The notes: generated by a model from the sequence alone, not told the origin. 64,000 bases of DNA from an uncultured delta proteobacterium (GCA_963823335.1 CAWGLD010000001.1:1408001-1472000); one strand, 5' to 3'. Positions 1 through 9,000 are shown, counted from the stretch's first letter. Translations and numbers: made by a program.

Positions 1-830
1 TTATCGCCAAGGTATGTTAAATACTCCTGTTGCGCTGCTTGATATTGTTCTTTGTAAAGAAACGCATCTGCTTCACACTTGGGTGGGGGCTTCTTATCAA
101 AAGATGGCTTTATCAGCAAAAAATAGACACCTGTTGACAGGAGGAGGAGAACGATCGCGGTAAAGAATAATTTTATTCGTCTATCGGAAGATTGTATTCT
201 TTGATCTCCTGAGACATTCTCTGAAGCTGAATGTGTTTCCCCTCGAGCCGCCGGAGTTTTTACAGGAAGTAATTTGTTTATTGCTTCATCCACCGTTAAA
301 ACCGATATAAGCTCTATTCCTTTTTGTAAGGTGAGAGCCTTTTTATCCGGTTCAATCTCTTCTTCATTCGCGGCCGGATAGAAAAATTTGTCCCCCTGTT
401 GCAGGCAATCAATAGCGGCATCAAGCTTTTTGTTGATGCCATTAACCCTTCTGACCTTACACCCTGTTTCATCGATCGTGCCGGTTGCAGCAATCGAGCA
501 TGTAAGGGATTGCCCCGTTTTGGCTCGATAAATCTCCTGGGCGAATTTCAAAGAAAAACCAAGACCCGCACTCGCCCCCAAAACTTTTGTGTTTACATCT
601 GTATCGTCAAACCGGCACCGAAGATAATAGTCCTCTCTTTCGCCAATATAGTTCAATCTTCTGAGACTCTGGTAAGCACAATGGATCCCCTCGTCAGCAG
701 AATTGCGAATTTGGGCATCTGATAGACTGGCGGGGAAGTCGATTTTAATGCGACACCCGGGATCGGAATCGTAGAATGAGTAAACTAACCGATTGGACGT
801 CCCATCATCAAAGAGTGCATAGATATCCAT
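1..830 (-). CDS. Membrane-anchored protein with N-terminal Lon-type (S16) protease domain, one TM helix and a TPR-like extracytoplasmic part; 3' end runs off the window
   Basis: Not in the ORF track because it has no stop in the window. Hand translation from ATG 830 (MDIYALFDDG...) stays open to position 3. It contains VLGASAGLGF...SIAATGTIDETGCKVRRVNGINKKLDAA...FFYPAANEEEI, matching Lon_C motifs [42 protein letters not shown] of the Lon at 16125-18560, then hydrophobic LFFTAIVLLLLSTGVYFLLI and ADAFLYKEQYQAAQQEYLTYL. Confidence 0.85.
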   Translation of the reverse strand, partial: MDIYALFDDGTSNRLVYSFYDSDPGCRIKIDFPASLSDAQIRNSADEGIHCAYQSLRRLNYIGEREDYYLRCRFDDTDVNTKVLGASAGLGFSLKFAQEIYRAKTGQSLTCSIAATGTIDETGCKVRRVNGINKKLDAAIDCLQQGDKFFYPAANEEEIEPDKKALTLQKGIELISVLTVDEAINKLLPVKTPAARGETHSASENVSGDQRIQSSDRRIKLFFTAIVLLLLSTGVYFLLIKPSFDKKPPPKCEADAFLYKEQYQAAQQEYLTYLGD

Positions 831-835
831 AGGTT

Positions 836-1378
836 CTATCTGTCGCCTGGTCGGACTGTTAAACATTTAAGGTTAACTGCATCCAGATTCTCTATCTCCT
901 GAGAAGCTTTACCATGGAAGATGATACCTTCAAGACAGATAAGGCCCTGCCCATCCAGTAATTGGACGGACTTTCCTTCCAATGTCTTTTGGTAGCCTTT
1001 TCCCACCTCTAACACCACAAGACCCTTATCTGTTTCATGAATATTCCGTCTTATCGTAACCGAATATTTACCTCCCTCAAGTCGAAACTTCTTTGGCCAC
1101 TCTGTTTCTGAGGTAGCTGCCTTGGGCAGCGCAAAATCCCAGGCTTCGGCGTCTTTCCGGCACTCGATTAAATCTTTGATTTCCTGAAGACATGCGGGAC
1201 ACCTTGTCAGGTGGTTCAAGTGCGAGTCTTCCAATTCGATGCCCTGGGGTTGGATCAGCAGCTCATACAGCTCAGCAGAAGGTATATGTTTACCTGCATC
1301 TCCATTCAAACCATAGGCTTGCCATGTTTCTAAAGCTTCTTTAAGGGTAATTCGTTTATTCATATTTGTGTCTTTCAT
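836..1378 (-). CDS. Putative soluble zinc-binding anti-sigma factor (ZAS / zf-HC2)
   Basis: H-x24-HLTRCPAC fits the (H/C)x23-26-HxxxCxxC ZAS motif; lies directly downstream of a sigma factor; no TM segment. Confidence 0.75.
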   Translation of the reverse strand: MKDTNMNKRITLKEALETWQAYGLNGDAGKHIPSAELYELLIQPQGIELEDSHLNHLTRCPACLQEIKDLIECRKDAEAWDFALPKAATSETEWPKKFRLEGGKYSVTIRRNIHETDKGLVVLEVGKGYQKTLEGKSVQLLDGQGLICLEGIIFHGKASQEIENLDAVNLKCLTVRPGDR

Positions 1379-1412
1379 TACAAGTTTAATTACAATGTAC
1401 CATTTAATCTGT

Positions 1413-2177
1413 TTAATCTGAAAAAATTTCTATAATGTCCGTTACACACCATCCTTTGCCTTCAAGGCAGTACTTCATCTTTCCCCTGGCTTTTATTTCG
1501 AGTCTGTGGACCTTATTAATGTCTATGGTAAGAATCTGAGCTGTCTTTTTAAGCGTTAACTCTCCTAAAGATCTTAATGACAAAACGGCTCTTTCATAAT
1601 GCTTAAGGGCATTTTTTAAACATTCATCCACGTCCTTCCAAAGTTCCCTTTTTGCTATTTCCGTTTGGGGGTCAGGGTTTTCAAAAGCGGGAAGCTCCTG
1701 TGTAAAATTCAATGGCCTCTTTTCGCCGGGTGGATATTTTGCCTCGAGGGAAAAACCAATTTTTTTAAGTCCCTGCAGTCTTCGCAATTCATTTTCCGAG
1801 ACATCCAAAGCCTCTGACAATTCAAAAGTCGAAGGTTTCCTATTTAAAGATTGAATTAACAATTTTTCAGCCTGATCTAACGCTTTTACAGCTGCCCTGT
1901 TTTTTTGGGTCAAGGGATCTTGTTTTCGTAGATAATCTTTAATAGCCCCATCAATGTAGAGACTGGAAAAGGTAGAAAAGGAAACACCTCTTCTGGGATC
2001 ATATTTGTTAGCCGCTTTTACCAAACCGATAAACCCTTCTTGAATAAGATCATTCAAATCGATTTTATTCCTGGCCGCTTCTGGAAAGTTATTATATAAT
2101 TTCTTGGCCTTATAGACAGCCAGTCCGTAGTAATCATCCAAATCAATGATTTGTGAAGAGGTCATGTGTCTTTTCAT
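1413..2177 (-). CDS. RNA polymerase sigma-70 family factor, FliA/WhiG-like (group 3)
   Basis: Region 2 DLIQEGFIGLVKAANKYDPRRGVSFSTF, region 3 LNRKPSTFELSEALDVS, region 4 HTH LTLKKTAQIL. Confidence 0.9.
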   Translation of the reverse strand: MKRHMTSSQIIDLDDYYGLAVYKAKKLYNNFPEAARNKIDLNDLIQEGFIGLVKAANKYDPRRGVSFSTFSSLYIDGAIKDYLRKQDPLTQKNRAAVKALDQAEKLLIQSLNRKPSTFELSEALDVSENELRRLQGLKKIGFSLEAKYPPGEKRPLNFTQELPAFENPDPQTEIAKRELWKDVDECLKNALKHYERAVLSLRSLGELTLKKTAQILTIDINKVHRLEIKARGKMKYCLEGKGWCVTDIIEIFSD

Positions 2178-2738
2178 CCTACATATTGATGTTATCGAAC
2201 GGATTCAAAAAATTTATCAGTTTTCATAAAAAAATACTTGAAAGAGTTTTTTTGATGCCTTCCCATGGATTTTCTTGTTTAAATAAATCGTGTTCTTTTC
2301 AGACTATTGGTATTGGGTCTTTTTGCGCTGCTACATGTCAGCTGAACGGGAATGCCTGGATAAGAAGAAGGTGTATTTCCAATGTTAGGGGAGCAACACA
2401 ATTATTACCTTATCATGCTTTATGCGTGCAACAACAGTCATTAAGGTACAGATAGTGTCTATTGTGTAGTTAAGATGTAACCTATTGTCAATATTAAAAT
2501 AAATTAGAAATGCCGCCAAAGACCCTCGTTATGTTCCCAAGATTCACGTTGTTACCGGCCCCTTAATTCAGATAGCCGCTATTAGGAAATAGTCCCATCT
2601 TATCGTTTATATTTAAGGCGGCAGTGAAAAAACAAGAAACTGGTTCGATAACCATACCTGAAGAAACGCATTGCCTGAAAGTTCATCCTGACAAATTTTC
2701 TGAAAAATTAAGGCACAGTTGATCGAGGAAAAATTTAG

Positions 2739-3618
2739 ATGAACAGCTTATTAGACGAAACTGCCATCAGAAAGAAGCTGCGATTAGATGCGCTTCAACA
2801 TCCCATGACGATTCTTCCCGCAGCTTTCTGCATTTTGTGGATCATCTATTGGGTGTTGTTAGAAGATATTATTGGCGGAGCTGGATACATCCTCATAATC
2901 ATTTTATCTTCAGCAGTGGTTGCTGCAGGCTCCTTCCTCTGGCTCTACTTTCATTCAATATGAAGATGCATATGCAAAAAGAATTAGCGAAATTGCTTAT
3001 CTCCAGGATCAGATTCAAACAGAGAAAAATGATGCAGATATTAAGCACTTGATCGTGGCTGTTCGTACCGGATTCAAAAATACGAATACAACAGATGGCC
3101 TCAATGCATTGACCGATTTGGTTCACGAATATCAAAAGATTCTCCAGGTTGTCGAATATAAGAAAGAAATCGATCCACTGGCACTCATTCATATTCCAGC
3201 CCTGGTAGAAGAGACATTCTTGCAAGGATTGAGTGTTCTCTCAGACGTCTTAGAGCTATCAAAAATTATACATAAACCTGACATAGATAATCTTGAAAAG
3301 AAATTAAAAGCCACTGAGAACGAAATCAAGTCATCGCGCCAGCATAAAGCTAAATCGGCACTTCTTAGAATTAAAATGGCCAGGGCCGACTCATATAAAG
3401 AAAGGTTGGATATGATAAATCAGCAGGTGTTGCGACATGACACCTTGCTTTACCAATGCACGAGTTGTGAAGCATCACTACATAAAACCCGTGTCGAGTT
3501 GACCGCACTTAAAACAGAGAATTCGGATACGAGCATAAATGAAGTAACCGAAACGCTTCGGCTGACTATCAAACAGGCACAGGAAATTCAGGAAGAGCTC
3601 AAGAGGCTTAGCCTCTGA
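2739..3618 (+). pseudogene. Two-TM plus coiled-coil membrane protein split by a 1-nt insertion (true frameshift or sequencing error); first gene of the SBP-VWA/TelA operon
   Basis: ORFs 2739-2963 (two TM helices) and 2920-3618 (coiled coil) join into one ~292-aa protein (...LWLYFIQYEDAYAK...) if one T of TTT at 2949-2951 is removed. Confidence 0.7.
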
Positions 3619-3675
3619 CATGAGCCTCGTATTCTTTAAACAGGGGAATATATCAATCATGAAAGGAGGTGTACC

Positions 3676-5517
3676 GTGAAACGACTTACCAGAGCGATCA
3701 TTTTGGTACTTATTTTTGCGACGATTGGAGGGATTCTATTTCGTTTCCTCTGGCCTGGCGGGGAGCGCCTTACTATTGTTCACTGGACTACCGGTCACCT
3801 GATGCGAACCGGTTTGTTGCCGGAAATGGCTGCCGAGTTCAACCGAACTGTCCACAGAACACGTTCCGGTAAACGGATAGAGATCAAGGTTATCTACTAC
3901 GGTTCATCGGAGCAGGCAGAAGACCTGCTCTCTCGGGTAACTCGCGGCGTGCCTGTCGACCGAAACCGTCCAAATCCAACGATCGTCACACCGTCGGCAG
4001 CTCACTGGCTTGTGCCGGTCAATCATGCGGCTGGCCGCACCATCGTAGACCTCAAAACCGCTAAAAGCATCGCGCGGGCATTTATTGGCATCGTAACTTA
4101 TCAGGAAATGGCGGAATGCCTGGGATGGCCAGATAAAAAGATCGGTTATGCTGATATCGTAGCTCTGCGAAACGATCCACTCGGCTGGGCCGGTTATCCC
4201 TGTGCCAAGGCCGAATGGGGGCAACGCCCGCTCGTTGCCTACACCGATCCCATTACTTCAAGCACAGGTCGCAGCGTTTTGTTTACCCTGTACGCCATCG
4301 CCGCTGGAAAAGCTCCAGATCAACTGACCGTTTCCGATGTCAGAGATCCTAAGGTGGTTGACTACGTCAAACAATTCCAGAAACTGGTAGATCACTATAT
4401 GATCGGCACGACAGTATTGAATACAAAGATTCATCAGGGCCCTCGTTTTGGCCACTTCTTTCTCATGCCCGAGGACAACCTTATCCACCTGTATGAGGGG
4501 ACCGAACGCGCCTTCATCAATGGCGTAAAAGTGAGTGCTCCGCCCATCGAACAGCCGATGGTCATGATGTACCCGAAAGAGGGATCTATGGCGCGGAACA
4601 ATTGCGCCGGTATCGTTCAGGCATCCTGGGTGACTGAGGATCACGGGGAAGCAGCACATAAATGGGTTGACTTCCTCCGCGAAGATGACCAGCAGCGTGC
4701 CTTTATGAAGGCAGGTTTTCGGCCAGCGACGAATCTTCCCCTTTCGAGAACCATTAGCGGAAAATATGGATTGGATCCGACCCAACCGACCATTGAGTTC
4801 AATCCTGCGCTGATTGACCCTAAAGTTGCAGCTGCGATTGATGACGCCTGGGAAGACGTAAAAAGGCCTGCCATCGTAACATTCGCCATGGATACATCTG
4901 CTTCCATGCAAGGAGATAAGCTTACGCAAGCAAAAGATGGCATGATCCGGGCCCTGGACAGCATGGCAAAGAATAACCAAATAGGTTTCATTTGCTTCGA
5001 TTCGGAAGTTACCACTCGTATCCCAGTAGGTCAGCTTCAGAGGAACCGTTTCACGATTGCAAATACCTTAAAGGGGTTGCAGGCGCAAGGCGGAACGGCA
5101 CTCTACGACGCGATTAAAACGGCGGTCGAGATAACAGATGGAGCGCCCGGAGATGAAAATGCCATTCGTGCCGTGGTCGTCCTGACGGATGGTCAGGCAA
5201 ATCGAGGTGCGACTGCGTTACACGACCTCATACAGCTGATGTCTAATAGCGAGATCCCTATCCAGGAATTCAGAGGCTTTCAAGAGGATCAAACAGCTAT
5301 AGATGAACAGGGAAGACCCGTTAACAGGAAAAAAATTATCGGTACGACTTTGAGCATGGAAACCAACCACTCGGTCCAGATCTTCTTCATCGGGATCGGT
5401 GAAGATGCAGACATGGAGGTTGGCCGAATGCTGGCTGAGGCAACAGGTGCAGAATTCCAGGGAACGACCCAAAAGGATTTGGCTGGAGTACTCGAAGAAT
5501 TCAGTAAATATTTTTAA
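3676..5517 (+). CDS. Membrane-anchored extracellular solute-binding domain plus VWA domain protein
   Basis: N-terminal TM anchor, SBP-like motifs (DPITSSTG, GFRP), MIDAS DTSAS...T...TDG; RBS AAGGAGG before GTG. Confidence 0.85.
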   Translation: MKRLTRAIILVLIFATIGGILFRFLWPGGERLTIVHWTTGHLMRTGLLPEMAAEFNRTVHRTRSGKRIEIKVIYYGSSEQAEDLLSRVTRGVPVDRNRPNPTIVTPSAAHWLVPVNHAAGRTIVDLKTAKSIARAFIGIVTYQEMAECLGWPDKKIGYADIVALRNDPLGWAGYPCAKAEWGQRPLVAYTDPITSSTGRSVLFTLYAIAAGKAPDQLTVSDVRDPKVVDYVKQFQKLVDHYMIGTTVLNTKIHQGPRFGHFFLMPEDNLIHLYEGTERAFINGVKVSAPPIEQPMVMMYPKEGSMARNNCAGIVQASWVTEDHGEAAHKWVDFLREDDQQRAFMKAGFRPATNLPLSRTISGKYGLDPTQPTIEFNPALIDPKVAAAIDDAWEDVKRPAIVTFAMDTSASMQGDKLTQAKDGMIRALDSMAKNNQIGFICFDSEVTTRIPVGQLQRNRFTIANTLKGLQAQGGTALYDAIKTAVEITDGAPGDENAIRAVVVLTDGQANRGATALHDLIQLMSNSEIPIQEFRGFQEDQTAIDEQGRPVNRKKIIGTTLSMETNHSVQIFFIGIGEDADMEVGRMLAEATGAEFQGTTQKDLAGVLEEFSKYF

Positions 5518-5590
5518 GAAAAGTAAGAAAACAGCATTGTTCCAAAAGGAGTTGTCGATAAGAAAATATCATAAATAGGAGGCAAGTAGC

Positions 5591-6760
5591 ATGGTTGCAA
5601 AAAAACAACACAACCGAAAAACATTGGATTCACTTTCTGTTTTGCCGGCTTTTGATGATCTATATGATGCAGATGGAAAGCCTCAGTCGGGATCCCAGAG
5701 ATTTGTCAAGGACATGGTGAAAGAACTCGAAGATGAATCAAAAGTGCTTGTCGCGCAATTGCGAGAAGCGAGCGGCAGCCACGAGCTTAAACTGATCGAC
5801 AGAATTGTTAGTATTGGTCTTAAAGCACAGAGAACTGCCGGGGCTGATTTGGATCTTTTACGGACGCGTATTCGGGATATGCTTACACAGGGGAAAACAT
5901 CCGATAAACTTTCAAACGAGCTTATTGGATTACGTATGGCGCTCAACGCGATAAATCCGCATGAGCTAATTAGAAATAATTTTGCTTCCAAATTGCTGAG
6001 CAAGTTTCCTTTCTTCAAGGTGTTGGATCCCGGTATAAAGGCGCTTAAAAAGATGGCAATCCGGTATGAATCGGTGTCCAATCAGGTTTGGATAATTGAA
6101 AAAAAGCTGCGTGAAGGACGGCTGATGCTTACCAGGGATAATCTTGAATTGAGAAAGCTTTATGAACAGATTGAAGAAAAACAGTCGCCTGTACAGAAAA
6201 ATGCATACCTTGGTGAATGTATTGTACAGCAACTGAGGGATGTTATCGAGCACACACAAGATCCGATGAAAAGGAACAGGCTGCAGAATGCCATGCATGA
6301 CGTGTCCATGAGGGTTCAAGACTTACGCACAATGGAGGAAATTTTTCTCCAATTTTTTGTCAGTATCGATTTGACCCGACAAAACAACTCAAGATTGGGC
6401 CAGGCTGTGGAACGAACACTAACACTTGCTACCAATCTCGTGGCAGTCGGCCTCGCAATCCAAACCGCTCTTTTCCGGCAAAAAAGAGTCATAGATGCCA
6501 CCCAGAAGACGCGGGAGTTTTTAGGAAATTTAATTGTCGCAAATGCCGCAACGATTAAACAGCATACCACCGATATTGGCGATGTTTACAATCAACCGGC
6601 AATAGCAGTTGAAAAAGTTACCAAAGCACATAGCGAAATTGTCGAAGCCCTGGAAATTGCAATTCAGCTTAAGCAGAAAGGCATCGATAATGCCCAAGAA
6701 AACATTGGGAAACTAACAAAAATGTCATCCGAACTTCAGAAGAGGATTGGCGTGCGGTGA
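5591..6760 (+). CDS. Toxic anion resistance protein, TelA family
   Basis: Long helical protein with TelA-like segments (RYESVSNQV, LTRDNLELRKLY, QNNSRLGQAVERT, NAATIKQHT); typical SBP-VWA context. Confidence 0.8.
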   Translation: MVAKKQHNRKTLDSLSVLPAFDDLYDADGKPQSGSQRFVKDMVKELEDESKVLVAQLREASGSHELKLIDRIVSIGLKAQRTAGADLDLLRTRIRDMLTQGKTSDKLSNELIGLRMALNAINPHELIRNNFASKLLSKFPFFKVLDPGIKALKKMAIRYESVSNQVWIIEKKLREGRLMLTRDNLELRKLYEQIEEKQSPVQKNAYLGECIVQQLRDVIEHTQDPMKRNRLQNAMHDVSMRVQDLRTMEEIFLQFFVSIDLTRQNNSRLGQAVERTLTLATNLVAVGLAIQTALFRQKRVIDATQKTREFLGNLIVANAATIKQHTTDIGDVYNQPAIAVEKVTKAHSEIVEALEIAIQLKQKGIDNAQENIGKLTKMSSELQKRIGVR

Positions 6761-6845
6761 AAAAACAGACAAACGGTTCGATAACAATAAATGAAAAGGA
6801 GAATGGAATAATCATGAGAACAGTATTGCAGGGAAAGGAGAGAAA

Positions 6846-7166
6846 ATGGTCCACAATGTCAACTCTGCCGGTATGATTATGGCCATGCATCTGGTGGCAA
6901 GTTTTCTGCTGCAGGCGTTCGCAGCCCTTTATGGCCTCATTGCAACCAAGGAATTGATGGGAGGTATGGTGGGTTTTTTCGCAGGGGGTTTGATAATGAG
7001 AGGTCTTTTCCGGAATTTGATCCCTACGAAATGTCCAAATCCAGCTTGCGGCGCCTTTACGGCTTACCAAAGCGGCTCCCAGCCGCTCACGTATGTATGC
7101 AGAACGTGCGGTCATGAGCATGTCACCACCATTTCTGAAGGAGGCAGTGAAAATTTTCACTTCTAG
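6846..7166 (+). CDS. Small membrane protein with C-terminal zinc ribbon
   Basis: Two hydrophobic segments then CPNPAC...CRTC; RBS AAGGAG. Confidence 0.6.
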   Translation: MVHNVNSAGMIMAMHLVASFLLQAFAALYGLIATKELMGGMVGFFAGGLIMRGLFRNLIPTKCPNPACGAFTAYQSGSQPLTYVCRTCGHEHVTTISEGGSENFHF

Positions 7167-7630
7167 ATTTGGCTCATCTATATTTGTCGGCGTATTGCTT
7201 ATAACAATTTCAGCCATAGCTCTTTGTTCAGACCTTCCAACCAATCATTAATGGCAGGAATTTCTAATTTAAATATTGCCTGAAAGACTGCCTGCTGCGG
7301 AGGCAGGTGGTCGCTTGGGCATCAAAATAGCAACTATCTGAAATACTGGCCAATATATTATTATGCCAATAAATTCTATCGAAACAGTAAAAATTCATTT
7401 TTAATATTTCCAGTAGGTTAGAGAAGGAGAAAAATTGTCGAAAAGGAGAGAGGGGTACCTATTGGGTGCCCACCGGCATTATGGCATGGAAAATAGCATT
7501 CATCATAAAACTATCTGAAATAAATCCTTTTAGCGTTATTTCCTCAATTTTTTCTGTTAAAAAAATTATTGTCAATGAGTCAATTATAGTCTATTATCGA
7601 CTCAAAATCTGAGCTGATAAAAGGAGCGAA

Positions 7631-8776
7631 ATGACTCAAACAATACAATACATTTGGCAGCAGCCGTCATGGCCGGAATTTTGTTGGGACAATGCAGCCC
7701 TTCTCAAGCAAATAGGTATTTGTCGATTCCAGCAGGGTTCTTTGTTGACTCAAATGAAGGATTTGGGGTTCGATGTCAGCCAGCAGGCCAGAGCCGAAGT
7801 GTTGATCGAAGAAGCCCTCAAAACGTCCGAAATTGAAGGCGAACACCTGGATCCCAAGGCCGTTCGATCTTCAGTGGCCCAACGTCTTGGTTTGCCGACA
7901 GCCGGTATGGCCTCGATAAAAAATCAGCAGGCCGACGGGGTCGTTCAAATTTTGCTGGATGCTACGCAGGACTTTAAACAGACGCTGACTCCTGAACGGC
8001 TGTTCGGTTGGCATGCAGCTCTATTTCCCACTGGTTATTCAGGAATGCATAAGATTAAAGTTGCATCCTGGCGCGATGATCGCAATGGGCCGATGAAGGT
8101 TGTATCGGGTCCTATTGGACGGGAACAAACCCATTATGAAGCGCCACCTGCAGAGCGTTTAGCAAACGAAATGAACCGCTTTTTCTGCTGGTGGGAGGAA
8201 AGTCGTAAAGAAATGGACGGCCTCCTTCGGGCCGGCATGGCTCATCTGTGGTTTGTGGCGGTGCATCCTTTTGAGGATGGTAACGGACGAGTTGCCCGGG
8301 CGTTGACAGAGATGGCCCTGGCTCAGGATGAAAATCTGTCGACACGATATTATAGCCTCTCTTCACAGGTCATGGCAGAAAGAGAGGACTATTATAAGAT
8401 TCTCGACCGTACCAACAAGGGAGAAGGGGATATAACCGATTGGATGAAATGGTTTCTGGAATGCATGTCCAGAGCTATCCTAAGCTCAAACAGACGCCTG
8501 TCCAATGTGATGTTAAAGGCCAGGTTCTGGAGGTATTACGCGCAGACCAAGCTAAAAGAACGTCAGAGCAAAGTCATCAATCGCTTACTCGATGCTGGCC
8601 CCGGCGGTTTTGAGGGGGGTCTGACAAATCGAAAATATGCCGGCATGACCCATGTCAGCAGGGCAACGGCTCAAAGAGAATTGGCAGACCTTGTTCAAAA
8701 GGGCATTCTTCGTCCCAATCCAGGTGGTGGTAGGAGTACAAGCTATGACCTTTGTTGGGATGAGTTTTCAGATTGA
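7631..8776 (+). CDS. Fic family protein (DUF4172-type N-terminus, Fic domain, C-terminal wHTH)
   Basis: Intact Fic motif HPFEDGNGRVAR; YIWQ..WP.F N-terminus; TSEIEGE; C-terminal SRATAQRELADLV and GGGRSTSY. Confidence 0.92.
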   Translation: MTQTIQYIWQQPSWPEFCWDNAALLKQIGICRFQQGSLLTQMKDLGFDVSQQARAEVLIEEALKTSEIEGEHLDPKAVRSSVAQRLGLPTAGMASIKNQQADGVVQILLDATQDFKQTLTPERLFGWHAALFPTGYSGMHKIKVASWRDDRNGPMKVVSGPIGREQTHYEAPPAERLANEMNRFFCWWEESRKEMDGLLRAGMAHLWFVAVHPFEDGNGRVARALTEMALAQDENLSTRYYSLSSQVMAEREDYYKILDRTNKGEGDITDWMKWFLECMSRAILSSNRRLSNVMLKARFWRYYAQTKLKERQSKVINRLLDAGPGGFEGGLTNRKYAGMTHVSRATAQRELADLVQKGILRPNPGGGRSTSYDLCWDEFSD

Positions 8777-8809
8777 GCCGGCACAACAATAGTATCATTT
8801 GAAAATGTT

Positions 8810-8907
8810 ACCTCACATTGCCTTGGACCGTTTAATAGCAATCCGCGCCTTTCTAACATCAGCTGTTTAATGACCGCCTTCTGCCATCTTGGGTAAGGTT
8901 CTATCAT
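8810..8907 (-). pseudogene. N-terminal remnant of an AAA_14/DUF4143 ATPase
   Basis: From ATG 8907: MIEPYPRWQKAVIKQLMLERRGLLLNGPRQC, then similarity breaks where the Walker A GKT is expected. Confidence 0.6.
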
Positions 8908-8924
8908 TTCGGAATTTTCTGTCT

Positions 8925-9000
8925 CCGCGATATGATGATTATTTGTATCGCTATTTTTATATTTTAAATACCGCGATTATACAATTTTTATTGCCGCGAT
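8925..9000. repeat. Four phased heptamers with 23-bp period
   Basis: CCGCGAT at 8925, TCGCTAT at 8948, CCGCGAT at 8971 and CCGCGAT at 8994, in AT-rich spacers. Confidence 0.75.

Noticed and set aside
399-722. 107-aa plus-strand ORF
   Set aside because: Antisense shadow of the motif-bearing Lon_C-domain gene on the minus strand
8925-9000. Possible CRISPR or iteron array
   Set aside because: 7-nt repeats with 16-nt spacers are too short for CRISPR; no cas or rep gene nearby
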